Below are positions 1 through 10,988 of a stretch of DNA of 64,000 bases, piece by piece. A program made the position numbers and the translations under genes. Under the pieces are notes generated by a model. It was not told the DNA's origin and made no database searches. It saw only the letters and a program-made list of their open reading frames with translations. This DNA comes from Calditrichia bacterium (GTDB lineage: Bacteria > Calditrichota > Calditrichia > JAJRVZ01), in contig CAWCNS010000011.1 of assembly GCA_963796965.1 (NCBI GenBank), positions 384,001 through 448,000 of the forward strand. Direction: 5' to 3'. Numbering within the stretch: the first letter of the stretch is position 1; each line of letters starts with the position of its first letter.

Positions 1-385
1 GATTTATTGGTGATTTCAGTTACGATAGTGGCCTCAAGACCATGAAAATTGTCATAATGACTGATACGTTTATTGTTTTGGTCAAAATCATCAAAATGGT
101 CCTGACAGCGGTTTTCTATGTCCATTTTGGAATGATCATAGTTATCCCGGGGAATCGCCATTTCCATTTCTGGATAGATTGTAATAATTTTTTTCTTGAG
201 CGGGGCAATTTCCAGGTTAGCCACATACCGGAGGTGAAATAGTAATTCCGGAATCCCGGGATAGGTTTTCCGTTTACAATAAAATCCCCTTGTTCTCGGA
301 TTTTTTCAATAATATCATAGTAAATCCGGACCCGAACAGGGCGGACTTCTTCACCATTGCCATTATTTCCATTCAATTTGGCCAT
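1..385 (-). CDS. Hypothetical protein, frameshifted near 270, runs off the left window edge
   Basis: ORF 116..385 shifts at the run GGAAAACC into an open frame (...TYPGIPELLFHLRYVANLEIAPLKKKIITIYPEMEMAIPRDNYDHSK...) that continues to position 1. Confidence 0.55.
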
Positions 386-514
386 TAGATACTCTTTGTC
401 AAAGTAATTTTTGATCTTACTCTTATTGTCGAATGGAAATAATAACTCTTTAATATTCTTGGGTAAATTGGATAAATATCAGGTTAGTTGGGATATGTGG
501 AAAGTTTGCGCGAT

Positions 515-1312
515 TTACTTTACAGATTTCAACATATTTTTTTTCAATCTTCCATAACCATCAAATACAAATTGATTTGAAAAAAGTATACTCAGAAATA
601 AATTGATCACGCAGCCTATAAAAATAGCAAGCATTATCATAATCTGATATTTTATGGCTATGCCGGGTGGGCTTCCGCCCAGGATCTGTCCTGTCATCAT
701 ACCCGGCAATGAGATTAAACCAATGACAGACATAGTCGCGATCAGAGGATTCAAACCCTGCTTAATGGCCTCACCGATAAAAGGTCTTAAGGCCAGTTTA
801 GTATTACCTGTATTAGTGAGCAAAAAATAAAAAAGTTCTGATTTCTCAGTCAAGCCTTTAAAATACGAACTCAATCCAACGATATTATGATTGAGCGAAT
901 TCCCCAAAATCATACCGGTTATAGGTATAAAATAGCGTGCATCAAAAAGATAATCGAGTTTTAATACATATCCGAGAAAAAAACTATCTATAATAACAAC
1001 CGAGGTCAATCCCGCAATAAATAAGGGAAGAAGAAAATACTTCCAGTTCAACCCAATACGGTTTATAGAGGTATAAACCCCGACACCTATCATAAGAACC
1101 ACCCATAACATATTTATCCAGGCATTATTAATAGCAAAAATCCATTCCAGATAAATTGCAACCAACGCCAATTGAACTACCATACGTATGACACTTATCA
1201 ACACATCCTTTAAAATCTTAATCCGAAAGTAAATAAAGAATAAGGTAGGAATAACAAGCAGGATAAATCCAACTGCCAACTCCCAGACACTGATATTTGT
1301 GATAGAATTCAT
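515..1312 (-). CDS. fetB: ABC transporter permease, UPF0014/FetB (YbbM) family
   Basis: Polytopic protein with R-M-x-x-Q-L, PITGMILGN and SLPGMMTGQILGG motifs typical of UPF0014; overlaps the ATPase gene by 4 bp. Confidence 0.85.
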   Translation of the reverse strand: MNSITNISVWELAVGFILLVIPTLFFIYFRIKILKDVLISVIRMVVQLALVAIYLEWIFAINNAWINMLWVVLMIGVGVYTSINRIGLNWKYFLLPLFIAGLTSVVIIDSFFLGYVLKLDYLFDARYFIPITGMILGNSLNHNIVGLSSYFKGLTEKSELFYFLLTNTGNTKLALRPFIGEAIKQGLNPLIATMSVIGLISLPGMMTGQILGGSPPGIAIKYQIMIMLAIFIGCVINLFLSILFSNQFVFDGYGRLKKNMLKSVK

Positions 1313-1902
1313 AAGGCTATCGTTTTATCCACATTAGTCAGCCAAAGATTATTATGTGAAGCTGAAATAATAGTTTTTCCTTTTAATGATTTGACCAATT
1401 TAATAAGCAAGTTGATTGAGGCATCATCAAGTGAGGAAGTTGGTTCATCCATTAAAATAATTTTTTTATCAAGACTCAAACAGATTGATATAATGATCCG
1501 TTGTTTCTGGCCACCACTTATCAAGCCAAAATCTTTAAAAATAATATCCTTTTCCAAACCAAGTTTTTCACCCGTACTGTTTATAATGTCCTCTTTTGAC
1601 TGCAAATTCATAAGTTTTATTAAATCCCCTCCATTATTAACAGGGAGATTTACATTTTGTGGAATCCATACAATAGAACCTCTGATTTCTTTTATCGTTG
1701 CAGCACTTAATTCCTGATCATTTATCTGAATTGATCCCTCATCGGGGATCACATATCCCTGGATTAATTTTAACAGGGTTGATTTACCAATCCCGGAAGG
1801 TCCGCTTATACATACATTTTCTCCACTTGCTATAGAGATATTAAGATTGTCAAAAATAATCTTTCCCGAAAATGAAAGATTTATATCTTTACACTGTATC
1901 AT
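1309..1902 (-). CDS. fetA: ABC transporter ATP-binding protein, FetA (YbbL)-like
   Basis: Walker A GPSGIGKST, signature ISGGQKQR, Walker B ILMDEP; short single-domain ATPase next to a UPF0014 permease. Confidence 0.8.
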   Translation of the reverse strand: MIQCKDINLSFSGKIIFDNLNISIASGENVCISGPSGIGKSTLLKLIQGYVIPDEGSIQINDQELSAATIKEIRGSIVWIPQNVNLPVNNGGDLIKLMNLQSKEDIINSTGEKLGLEKDIIFKDFGLISGGQKQRIIISICLSLDKKIILMDEPTSSLDDASINLLIKLVKSLKGKTIISASHNNLWLTNVDKTIAL

Positions 1903-1985
1903 AGTCTCTTGAATTAATAGTTAGACAACACCTGCTTCTGAAAATTATATTTATTTCAAAACTGTATGAAATAATTTTTTGTAGA

Positions 1986-3452
1986 TTAATTATTTCCACC
2001 TTTAAATGCCGGATTGAGAGTATGCATAATGGGATCTACCGAGTTGAGCCATTGATGTAGCTTGCTAAGAAGCTCCTCTCTTTTATCCGGCATCTTTTCC
2101 GACAGATCATTTTTTTCGCCAACATCTTCATCCAGGTTATACAATTCAACAATCGCCGGATCGTAGAATTCTATTAATTTATAGTCCCCGGAACGTATCG
2201 CTGCGCCGGGTTTATTCCCCTGTGGGGCATAATGGGGATAATACCAATGTAACTCACTATCATTGTTTATCTCTTGATTAAAATCCTGGACGAGAGACCG
2301 GCCATCAATCTGCTCATCCCTTACTTCCCCTGAATAAGCGATATCTTGTATTGTTGCATATATATCTTCGGATATTGTCAAATTATTGGAAACACTCCCG
2401 GGTTTTATATGCCCGGGCCAGCGGATAATTAACGGAACACGAATGCCACCTTCATATAAATGACCTTTTCCAAGGCGATAAGGAGAATTATCAGCGATAG
2501 ATCCTATGGCACCATTATCTGAAGCAAATATAACCACCGTGTTTTCTGATAACCCCTTCTCATCAAGATAGGCAACTAACCGTCCAATATTTTGATCGAG
2601 ATTATCGACCATGGCTGCATATATCGGATCAATCTTCGTTCCAACGAGACGCGCATTATATTTTTCTATTAAATCCTGTGGTGCCTGAAGAGGTTTATGA
2701 ACCGCATAATAGGGAAGATAGAGCAGAAATGGCCCTTTCTTTTGCCCCTCCATAAATGCCATTGCTTCATCTGTTAAGCGGTCAGCCAAATACTCTCCCG
2801 GCTTTCCTCCTTTAAGGGTGGGAATGGCCGGGTTCCATTTCGATGTGGGATTCTTATAAGGATAAAAATGCCCAGGAGGAGAGCCATGGGTCCAACCGGC
2901 CACATTGAAATCAAATCCCATATCGATGGGCCAGAAGCCTTTCCGGCCCACATGCCATTTGCCAATACTAATGGAGCTATAGCCGGCAGGTTTTAAAACT
3001 TCAGGTAAAATCTCTTCTTCCAATGGTATGTCCATAAGATCAGCGGGAGGAATAATCCGACTATCCGCGGGGTGACGATGGCGGCCAATACTGGTAATAT
3101 GTCCGGTGAAATGTACCCGTGCCTGATTCTTACCAGTTAACAAAGCCACCCGGGTTGGTGAACATACCGGGGCTGATGAATAGGCATTGGTCCAACGCAT
3201 TCCCTCTGTTGCCAGCTGATCAATATGAGGGGTCTGGATAAATCTTTGCCCATAACATCCCAGATCCCTCTCACCAAGATCATCTGCCAAAATTAATACA
3301 AAATTTGGCGACTCATCAATAGGCTGAACACAGGAGTAAAGCAGGACAAGCATCAGTATCACTAGGCCTATGATTAGAAGTCTTTTAGACAGGATAACAG
3401 GATTAACAGGATTGATAATTATAATCAATCTCAAAAAATTGAGAAGAGTCAT
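1986..3452 (-). CDS. Sulfatase (arylsulfatase A-like, Cys-type formylglycine), probable lipoprotein
   Basis: PNFVLILADDLG, CSPTR-xxLLTG, GKWH, ASDNG and KGHLYEGGIRVP motifs; lipobox-like LLYSC; start codon uncertain. Confidence 0.93.
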   Translation of the reverse strand: MTLLNFLRLIIIINPVNPVILSKRLLIIGLVILMLVLLYSCVQPIDESPNFVLILADDLGERDLGCYGQRFIQTPHIDQLATEGMRWTNAYSSAPVCSPTRVALLTGKNQARVHFTGHITSIGRHRHPADSRIIPPADLMDIPLEEEILPEVLKPAGYSSISIGKWHVGRKGFWPIDMGFDFNVAGWTHGSPPGHFYPYKNPTSKWNPAIPTLKGGKPGEYLADRLTDEAMAFMEGQKKGPFLLYLPYYAVHKPLQAPQDLIEKYNARLVGTKIDPIYAAMVDNLDQNIGRLVAYLDEKGLSENTVVIFASDNGAIGSIADNSPYRLGKGHLYEGGIRVPLIIRWPGHIKPGSVSNNLTISEDIYATIQDIAYSGEVRDEQIDGRSLVQDFNQEINNDSELHWYYPHYAPQGNKPGAAIRSGDYKLIEFYDPAIVELYNLDEDVGEKNDLSEKMPDKREELLSKLHQWLNSVDPIMHTLNPAFKGGNN

Positions 3453-3613
3453 TACTGGTCTCTCTATTAATAAATTTCTTCTATCTGGAAATAATTATAA
3501 CACCCAGTCTTACACCAATCTCAAATATGGAATATTTCCATTAACAGGAAGATAGGACATGATTAAATATAATTATTTTATGTATAAAATCCGGTAAATC
3601 CTATTATCCTGTC
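3385..3613. repeat. ACAGGATT/AATCCTGT periodic repeat arms (3385-3413, 3541-3564, inverted arm 3588-3613)
   Basis: ttagacaggataacaggattaacaggatt and aatccggtaaatcctattatcctgtc read directly. Confidence 0.6.
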
Positions 3614-3736
3614 AAAAAAATCTTTTATATACTTTGTGGAACTTCACGAGACAAAAACAGTATCCTATCGAAAGAATGGTTTCATTTTCCAAACTTTATT
3701 AATTTAACCAAGAAAATTCCTGATCACGAAAACGGC

Positions 3737-5582
3737 ATGGTATCCAAAACTCTATATAAAATAGCATTCATGGCCACATTACTGCTTTGTTCCTCTTATG
3801 CCCAGAAGAGCACGGGGAGCGAAGAAAGTAAAATTAATACGGATACCCTCACTGTTCGTATAGATGATGATACAACAAAAATTTTAATCGTAGAAAAATC
3901 TGTAAAGGATGATATTCTTGACCTGGTCTACGGTGCCATCTTTAGGGACACCACAAATAATAATCTTGACCCTAATGGTGATTTAATAGCAAGTGAAGAG
4001 CAATTCAGGGTCTATGAAGACAAAATTATATCTAATATTTATCTAAAGAAGATACCTGTATTCGGGGGGGCAATTGACGACAGCCTGGTTCTCAAAATAT
4101 CAGATATCGAGAAATTTGGGAATTCTATGCATTCGAATACCAACGATTGGGTCATATTTGAAAATCTCCTTTTCCGTGAGGGCGACGAGGTACAGCCCAT
4201 TCAGATTGCAGACAACGAGCGTATCTTACGGCGACTTCCGTTCATTCGTGATGCGAGAATTCTGATCATTCCAAGAAAAGAGGATGAGCAGGTTGATGTC
4301 CTTATTCTTACACGCGATGTATTTTCAATCGGCGCAAGTCTAAACATACGTACACAAAATGATATCGCCCTAAGTGTATATGATCGAAATCTCTTTGGCA
4401 ATGGCTGGGAGTTCCGTAATACATTCAGGCATCGGTCTGATAAAGACCCTTCCTTTGGATACGAGGGGATATTTGATGTACGGAATATCATGGGAACTTT
4501 TATTTCAGGGACAGCAAGTCTATTCCACTTCCTATGAATTAGAACAGGGACGATTAGAATTCTCTAAGAGATATCTGACACAAGCAACAAAATGGGCGGG
4601 GGGGCTCGCTCTGGTACATACTTCTTTCAAAGATGAGAAATATAATTTCCGCACTCTCCTTTATAGATCCAACAGCTATGATTTGTGGGGGGGACGATCG
4701 TTTAATATCGGGCACATTGAGGACCAAAATGATCTCAAAATCGGGCTTAGATATTTTCAGAAAACTTTTGACAAAAGACCTTTTGTCCAGGCAGATAGCA
4801 ACTTCAGCTATCATAAACAAAAATTATACCTGGGAAATATCATATTCAACCGATTGAAATATTTAACCAGTAATATGATTGTGGGATTTGGCCGTACGGA
4901 AGATATTCCGCAAGGTTATGCCTTAGAATTTACCGCTGGAATTGGTGATGAAGAATTTAAAGATCGATTATATAGTGGAATGCAAATCTGGGGTGCTTAC
5001 TGGTTTGAAAGCTTCGGCTATCTGGCTCTTACAGTTCAGGCGTCATCTTTTATATATGATGAAAAAGCAGAGGATGGTCTCACAGGCGTTCGTTTTGTCT
5101 ATTTTACCCCTCTTATGGATCTGGGCCACTATAATTTCAGACATTATCTCTACACTGATTATCTGACGGGATTCAACCGAAGCAATAATCAGTTAATCGA
5201 TATAGAGGATGATGGCGGGATAAGAGGATTGTCGCACAATGGGTTATTTGGGAGGGAACGATTTGTACTACGTCTAGAGAGTCGCACATTTACACCCTGG
5301 AACCTGATAGGTTTCCGTTTTTCTCTCTTGTCATTTGCCGATTTCGGATTAATAGGAGATGGACACGACCTCCTTAATAATAAGAATTTATCTACTGCTT
5401 TCGGAGTGGGTTGCCAGATAAGAAATGAGGGTCTCGCCCTGCAAACAATAAGTGTAAGATTTGCTTACTATCCCAGGGTTCCTGACGGTATTAGTCATTT
5501 TGGCTTTAATGTATCCCTTAGTGAACCCATACTTTTCTCACAACTTCGGTTGGGTAAACCAAGGATTTTTCCATTTGAATGA
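3737..5582 (+). CDS. BamA/TamA-like outer-membrane protein (POTRA-like N-terminus + beta-barrel), frameshift near 4520
   Basis: ORF 3737..4537 (signal peptide, ERILRRLPFIRDARI POTRA-like segment, DRNLFGNG) continues in the 4374..5582 frame with alternating aromatic strands. Confidence 0.7.
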
Positions 5583-5598
5583 TAGTTCAATTGATATA

Positions 5599-5626
5599 GT
5601 AGTGGCCGTTCGCGAACGGCCACTAC
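5599..5626. repeat. GTAG-type REP palindrome
   Basis: Perfect 28-bp palindrome gtagtggccgttcgcgaacggccactac; relatives at 6579, 23722, 40512 and 49187. Confidence 0.85.
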
Positions 5627-5723
5627 TGCAAAAGGCAAAATTCTTATATTTTGGTGTGGCGACGCGATTAATAGCGTCGATTCTGACAAGTAGGTATAAT
5701 AAATGTAGTTAGAAAATCTGGTT

Positions 5724-6317
5724 TTATTCTACTTTTGCAATATCAACAACTACCGCAGTTGTCACCTGATAAACAACCTGATCGCCAACTTTAACATTTT
5801 CAAGGTTTTTTACTTCTGGAGAGACGTCAACAGTTTCAATTTTACCATCGGGGCCTTTTAAGGTTGCCTTTCTATTCTCTACATCAATTGCTTCGACTGT
5901 GGACGTTTTCTCTGTAACCTCGACAGTTAATTTCCTGGGTTTTTCACCCTCTGAGTCCACTTCAACGGTACTGGCTCCGGCAACAGATGGTCTTTCAGCA
6001 TCGGGAGAAGTAACATAAACAGCTGTGGATTTTAGATAGGTTATCCGGACTTTATCACCAACTTTAATTTTTTCAATTCCGGTGAGATCTTCTGCTGCCT
6101 GTAAAACAATCTCATTCCCATCAGCATATTCAAGTGTAAACATACGCGTTGGTATATCCATCTCTTTTACAATCATTTCCGTCGTAACTTCGGAGACGTC
6201 AATCACTCTGCTCGGTTTTGCCGCTTCGGTCTCTGTCTTTGGCGCTTCTTTTTCTTTACAGGATAATAATGATATGACCAATATCACACTAAATAAAATT
6301 TTAATTAGATTTGTCAT
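5724..6317 (-). CDS. Hypothetical lipoprotein with two repeated small beta-domains
   Basis: Lipobox LLSC; internal repeat IKVGDKVRITY / VKVGDQVVYQV. Confidence 0.75.
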   Translation of the reverse strand: MTNLIKILFSVILVISLLSCKEKEAPKTETEAAKPSRVIDVSEVTTEMIVKEMDIPTRMFTLEYADGNEIVLQAAEDLTGIEKIKVGDKVRITYLKSTAVYVTSPDAERPSVAGASTVEVDSEGEKPRKLTVEVTEKTSTVEAIDVENRKATLKGPDGKIETVDVSPEVKNLENVKVGDQVVYQVTTAVVVDIAKVE

Positions 6318-6578
6318 TTTTAATTCCCCTCCCAGGTAAAATTTTTTGGTTTTTTATTAGAGTCTATAATTTTGTAGTTATGACTGTTTGCAAACGGCTA
6401 CTGCATATGCCTATAATGTTTGCTGTGGTGGCTGTAAGTTTATTGAGAAAATCATTTACATGCAACAGAAAAACCTTGTGAGAAGTGAAATTACAAATGA
6501 TTTCTACGAGGTATAGTTAAAACTGATCTCTATCATTTATCCCAATAATATTGAATTATTTGAAACGTTTTTGTGAAT

Positions 6579-6606
6579 GTAGTGGCCGTTCGCTAACGGC
6601 CACTAC
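6579..6606. repeat. GTAG-type REP palindrome
   Basis: gtagtggccgttcgctaacggccactac, one mismatch to the 5599 copy. Confidence 0.85.
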
Positions 6607-6663
6607 TATATAGTGTAATTTTATGTTACGACGCGGCTATAACTCTCTGAGCCGGACAGTCAT

Positions 6664-8047
6664 TTACCTGAGACGATAAAATTCTATCCTGCGGTTTTTC
6701 AGCTCTGCCTTCGCTTGTATTATTAGGTGCTATCGGATTTTCCGGGCCATACCCTTTTGTAATAATCCGGTAGGCTGCGATATCATGCCGCAGCAGATAT
6801 CCTCTTACTGTGTCAGCTCTTCTCTGCGAGATAGATACATTGCCCTGATAACTTCCTGTGTTATCCGTATATCCACGAATTTCCACCTCAACTTCCGGAA
6901 ATTTTTCTAATTTTTCGGCTACATTATCCAAAATTTTCATCGAATTTATCGTTAGTTCCGTACTTCCGGAAGCAAAGTTGACACCTTCCAAAACCATCGC
7001 CTGTCCGACTTCAATGACTGGTTTTGTATCTGGACAACCATCCTCATCTTGATAACCATTGACTGTTTCCGGTGCATTGGGACATTTATCTTCCACATCA
7101 GGTATACCATCACCATCATTATCGGGATCAGGTACACCATCCTCATCCTGAAAGCCATCAATATCCTCTATAGTTAAAATAGCCGCTGCAATCGTTGCAT
7201 CGGTTCCCGGCATTTTATCATTGACATCCAGAACTCCATCACCATCATTGTCGGGATCCGGTGCACCATCTTTATCTTTAAAATCATCATGGTCTTCAGG
7301 TTCATTTTTTGCCTGATCAGCATAATCAGGGATCCCATCCTGATCATTATCCGGATCTGGTATACCATCCGAATCTTCAAAACCGTCAAAATCTTCTGGT
7401 CTGGCGGGATCACCGTCATATTTATCAGGTATACCATCCCCATCACTATCTCTGGGGGCACCAAGATAAAACGATAAGCCGAGTGTTGCCGTTAGATACC
7501 CATCGTATCTATCTCCCGCTTTAATATCATCCAGATAATCGGTCAGGGCCTGATGGTACATTACCTCAAGTTCGATTCCTACAATTTCAGAGAATAGAAC
7601 TTCCAGTCCCCCTCCAACTGGAACGGAATATTGTAAATTTTCATACTCACCTGCTGCATTGTTTGGCAATTTGTTTCCATTTTTATCCTGAGGATTTATG
7701 TACATAAATTCAAACCCTGCAGTGAGATAAGGATTCAAGGGACTGGATGGGAATAATTTTACTCTTAGCATGGGTGCTGCGCTATACACCATGGTTTTGA
7801 AATATTGATCTCCGTTTTCTGCTTGCAGAAATGATGCACCGCCATTGATTCCCAAGGCAAACGGATCAGATAACCAGAAAAAGAGTGAAAGATAAGCAGT
7901 TCCATTTGCCTGACGATCGTTAATGTCACCCCAATACGCATTGGCCCCTGCTTTGATTCCGAGTTCAGTTTTACCACTGGTTTCATCAGCAAAACAGTAA
8001 GTACTAAATAAAGTGATAATAAAAATAGTAATGATAATTTTTTTCAT
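6664..8047 (-). CDS. OmpA-family protein: N-terminal beta-barrel, thrombospondin type-3 Ca-binding repeats, OmpA_C peptidoglycan-binding domain; frameshift near 6697
   Basis: DxDxDGIPD repeats, VNFASGS, GYTDNTG and SQRRADTV motifs; removing one A in GAAAAACCGC restores the canonical end ENRRIEFYRLR* (stop 6664-6666). Confidence 0.9.
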
Positions 8048-8083
8048 GATGTATCCCCTTCATATCATGTTGACTAAGAATCA

Positions 8084-8158
8084 AGAATTTCCACGCCCGA
8101 AGGCTGGCAAGTAGATCAAACAGAGTATTTTTCTACGTCCTCTGTGGATTCAAATTCT
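8084..8158 (-). ncRNA. Candidate structured 5' leader of the OmpA-family gene (no family assigned)
   Basis: Stems UCCAC/GUGGA and CAGAG/CUCUG, pseudoknot GUAGA/UCUAC and a cUUCGg hairpin in an otherwise AT-rich UTR. Confidence 0.4.
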
Positions 8159-8855
8159 ATATAACTTTTACCACAATCATATCATGAGTGGTTATGTAAA
8201 TCATATACACAATGTAGTAAGTAAAATTGGTATCATCTAGAATATATTATAAGCCCCGTATAATATTTAATTAATATTCGACCATAATGATGAGACCTGA
8301 AGAATTATTTTAACGATGAGAATCAGGATTTGGAATTGGGAACGGGTAATTTGGAACTGCCATGATTCAAAACCTTAAAACTTTATTGCATTCTTTGCTA
8401 ATCTGCCTGAAACAGATAAACACAAAGGACTCCAAGGAAGCACAAAGTACAAAAAGAAAAGAGTAACTAATTTTTTTTGAACTAGGTTAATGAAGATCTA
8501 TGGTTATAAATGACAAAACATAATCAGCGAGATCTAAAACCCTAAATTTTTCTCTGCGGTCACTGCAGCGCTGCGTGAGAAAAATCCTTATTCAAAATCT
8601 TTCCACATCCTAGGTCTAATCCAGCAAGAAAAATTATGAAAACCGAGTCCCAGAACCCCTATCTCACAAATCTGCCTAACATTTTGCATCTACCGTCTAT
8701 ATTTATTCACTTCTGACTAATATCACATAATGCGTTTCTGTTGGGAAAGCCATGTCAATACGGGATACAGGATGAGATATTATCTGTTCTCCCTCTTAAG
8801 AATGGTGAGGGAGATGTTCCATATATGCTACTTGAACATTGATCACTTTAAGATT

Positions 8856-9212
8856 TTACCTAAAACTCTCTATGATCTCCCCCATTTGTTTTTTTATTTC
8901 CAGAGAATTGAACTTTTCTTCCTCCCCATAAGGTCTGAATTTTATACCGACAACAGATCCTTCGTCATATCCACCTCTTGGCAATATCCAGACGATTTTG
9001 GCTTTTACAGAAATCACCGGTTGATCTGGAATATGGAGTTCGAGTTCAATGGGTTGTCCTACCAGAATTCGTTGTTTTAAATGAATACATACACTGTTTT
9101 TTGTCAGATTTTCTAATCTTGATGACCCTGTTTCACCATTTTCCAGTTTATAATGAGCTTTTGCCCCTGGAATTACAATCCTTCTGAATCCCCTTCTCTC
9201 TGTCTTTTCCAT
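8856..9212 (-). CDS. Stand-alone PilZ-domain protein
   Basis: N-terminal RxxxR (RRGFRR), then the beta-barrel pattern AKIVW...VGIKF; second motif degenerate (NLTKNS). Confidence 0.75.
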   Translation of the reverse strand: MEKTERRGFRRIVIPGAKAHYKLENGETGSSRLENLTKNSVCIHLKQRILVGQPIELELHIPDQPVISVKAKIVWILPRGGYDEGSVVGIKFRPYGEEEKFNSLEIKKQMGEIIESFR

Positions 9213-9390
9213 TCTGATTCACTTTCCCATAGTTATTATCAGATTTATAAATTCAATATAAGGATTTTCTGGATAAAAAGATCAAATTATTCCTGTGAAA
9301 TGTGAGTCTACCCGATTCGGGATATGAGATGCGAGATAAAATACAGAGCGCATAGCGAACATCGCCATGCGCTCTGCCCTTTGCGCCAGA

Positions 9391-10656
9391 CTACCTGAGG
9401 AGCACCATCTTCTTCACCTCTTGATACTCCCCGGCTTTTAGTTGATAGTAGTAAACACCAGCTGCAAATCCACTTGCATCCCACTGCACCTGATGGTTTC
9501 CAACAGATTGACCTTCACTCACAAGTGTCACCACTTTTTGGCCAATTAAGTTAACAATACTGAGTTCCACAAAACTGGTAATTGGTAATTGGTAATTGAT
9601 CACTGTTACAGGATTAAAGGGATTGGGATAATTTTGAGAAAGTTCAAATTTTTTCAGATGGCTAGAATATTCATCAATTGAAGTTATTCCACCATTAGTT
9701 GTTTTTAATATCAGTCCATTAAAACCGACCACCCAGCCGATTTTATCATCAATAAAAAATATTGAACTCATATTATCAGATTGAGTACTAGGCTGGATCT
9801 GCCAGAAAGCACCACCATCTGATGTATGTAAAATTCTATTGGTAAAAAAGTGATCCTGATAACCAGCAAGAAGCCAACCCGTACTAGCGTTATAGAAATG
9901 TAATGCCGTATATAAAAAATAGTCAGGATCCGACTTTAATTCCCAGTCATCTCCCCCATTCGTGGATTTAAATAAATACCCAGCGCCTAAACACCACCCC
10001 GTATTTTGATCAAAAAATTGGATATCATATAGATAAGAATATCCTACATCCGGTCTTGATACACCGCGCTTCCAAAGCTTGCCAGAATTTTCTGTAATTA
10101 TAACTTCGCCTTGTGCCCCAACAGCCCATCCATGCTGATGATCAGAAAAATGAATAGCAGAAAGGGAATGAAATGAATTATCAAGATTTATATCCCATGT
10201 TTCACCACCGTCAGTTGATTTTAGAATTAATGAGCCCAAAGGACCCCCTCCGCAAATATAGCCCGTATCGGCATCTACAAAGCAAATATCGTGCAAAGTC
10301 ACTTCAGTACTATCCTGAACCTGCCAATGCAAGCCGCCATCAATAGTGCGGAAAATTCTTCCTCCACGTGTATCACTTGGAAATCCCACGGTCCAACCGT
10401 GGTCCTGGTCTGTAAAAAATACAGACCAGAAAAAAACTTCACTACTATCCTGAATCGTCCAGGTTTCACCACCATTCTGCGTACCCAAAATAATTTCATC
10501 TCCAACAGCCCAACCCGTCTCCATATCAACAAAAAATATTTCGTTCAACTGCGCTTCCGTACCACTTTCCTGTTCTGTCCAGCCGCTTGTTTGTGAATAA
10601 GATGCCTGAATCAACAGAACCAAGAGAAATGTCAAAACCATTTTCAGAGTTGCCAT
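9391..10656 (-). CDS. Secreted YCF48/BNR-repeat beta-propeller protein with T9SS-like C-terminal sorting domain
   Basis: Repeated F-x-D-xxx-GW-xVG and T-x-DGG-xxW units; C-terminal FELSQNYPNPFNP...GVYYYQL...KKMVLLR. Confidence 0.88.
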   Translation of the reverse strand: MATLKMVLTFLLVLLIQASYSQTSGWTEQESGTEAQLNEIFFVDMETGWAVGDEIILGTQNGGETWTIQDSSEVFFWSVFFTDQDHGWTVGFPSDTRGGRIFRTIDGGLHWQVQDSTEVTLHDICFVDADTGYICGGGPLGSLILKSTDGGETWDINLDNSFHSLSAIHFSDHQHGWAVGAQGEVIITENSGKLWKRGVSRPDVGYSYLYDIQFFDQNTGWCLGAGYLFKSTNGGDDWELKSDPDYFLYTALHFYNASTGWLLAGYQDHFFTNRILHTSDGGAFWQIQPSTQSDNMSSIFFIDDKIGWVVGFNGLILKTTNGGITSIDEYSSHLKKFELSQNYPNPFNPVTVINYQLPITSFVELSIVNLIGQKVVTLVSEGQSVGNHQVQWDASGFAAGVYYYQLKAGEYQEVKKMVLLR

Positions 10657-10892
10657 TATTTAGTCCTCCTTTTAACCACATCTAAAATGAACAATTCCGT
10701 TATCTTACAATGTGAATTATTTCATTATTTTTTAGCAGCAGGTGGAATATTTATATCCTGTTATTACATATATACAGAGTAAATAATATTTTGTTGGTTG
10801 AAAGAGAGAAATTTGGGCAATTACTATAAATCAGATGAGTAGTATTGGATTTTATAGTCACAATAATACAAAAATAAAAGACAAATGCAAGG

Positions 10893-10924
10893 AAAAAGGC
10901 TGATCTTTATGATCAACCTTTTTT
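10893..10924 (-). terminator. Probable intrinsic terminator downstream of the metallophosphoesterase gene
   Basis: aaaaaggctgatc-tttat-gatcaacctttttt hairpin with A/T tracts on both sides. Confidence 0.55.
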
Positions 10925-10988
10925 AAACCAATTTAATTTTAATAATCTTAGAGTTATTACCCTTACCCTGGCGGTCTAGTCAAATCAT

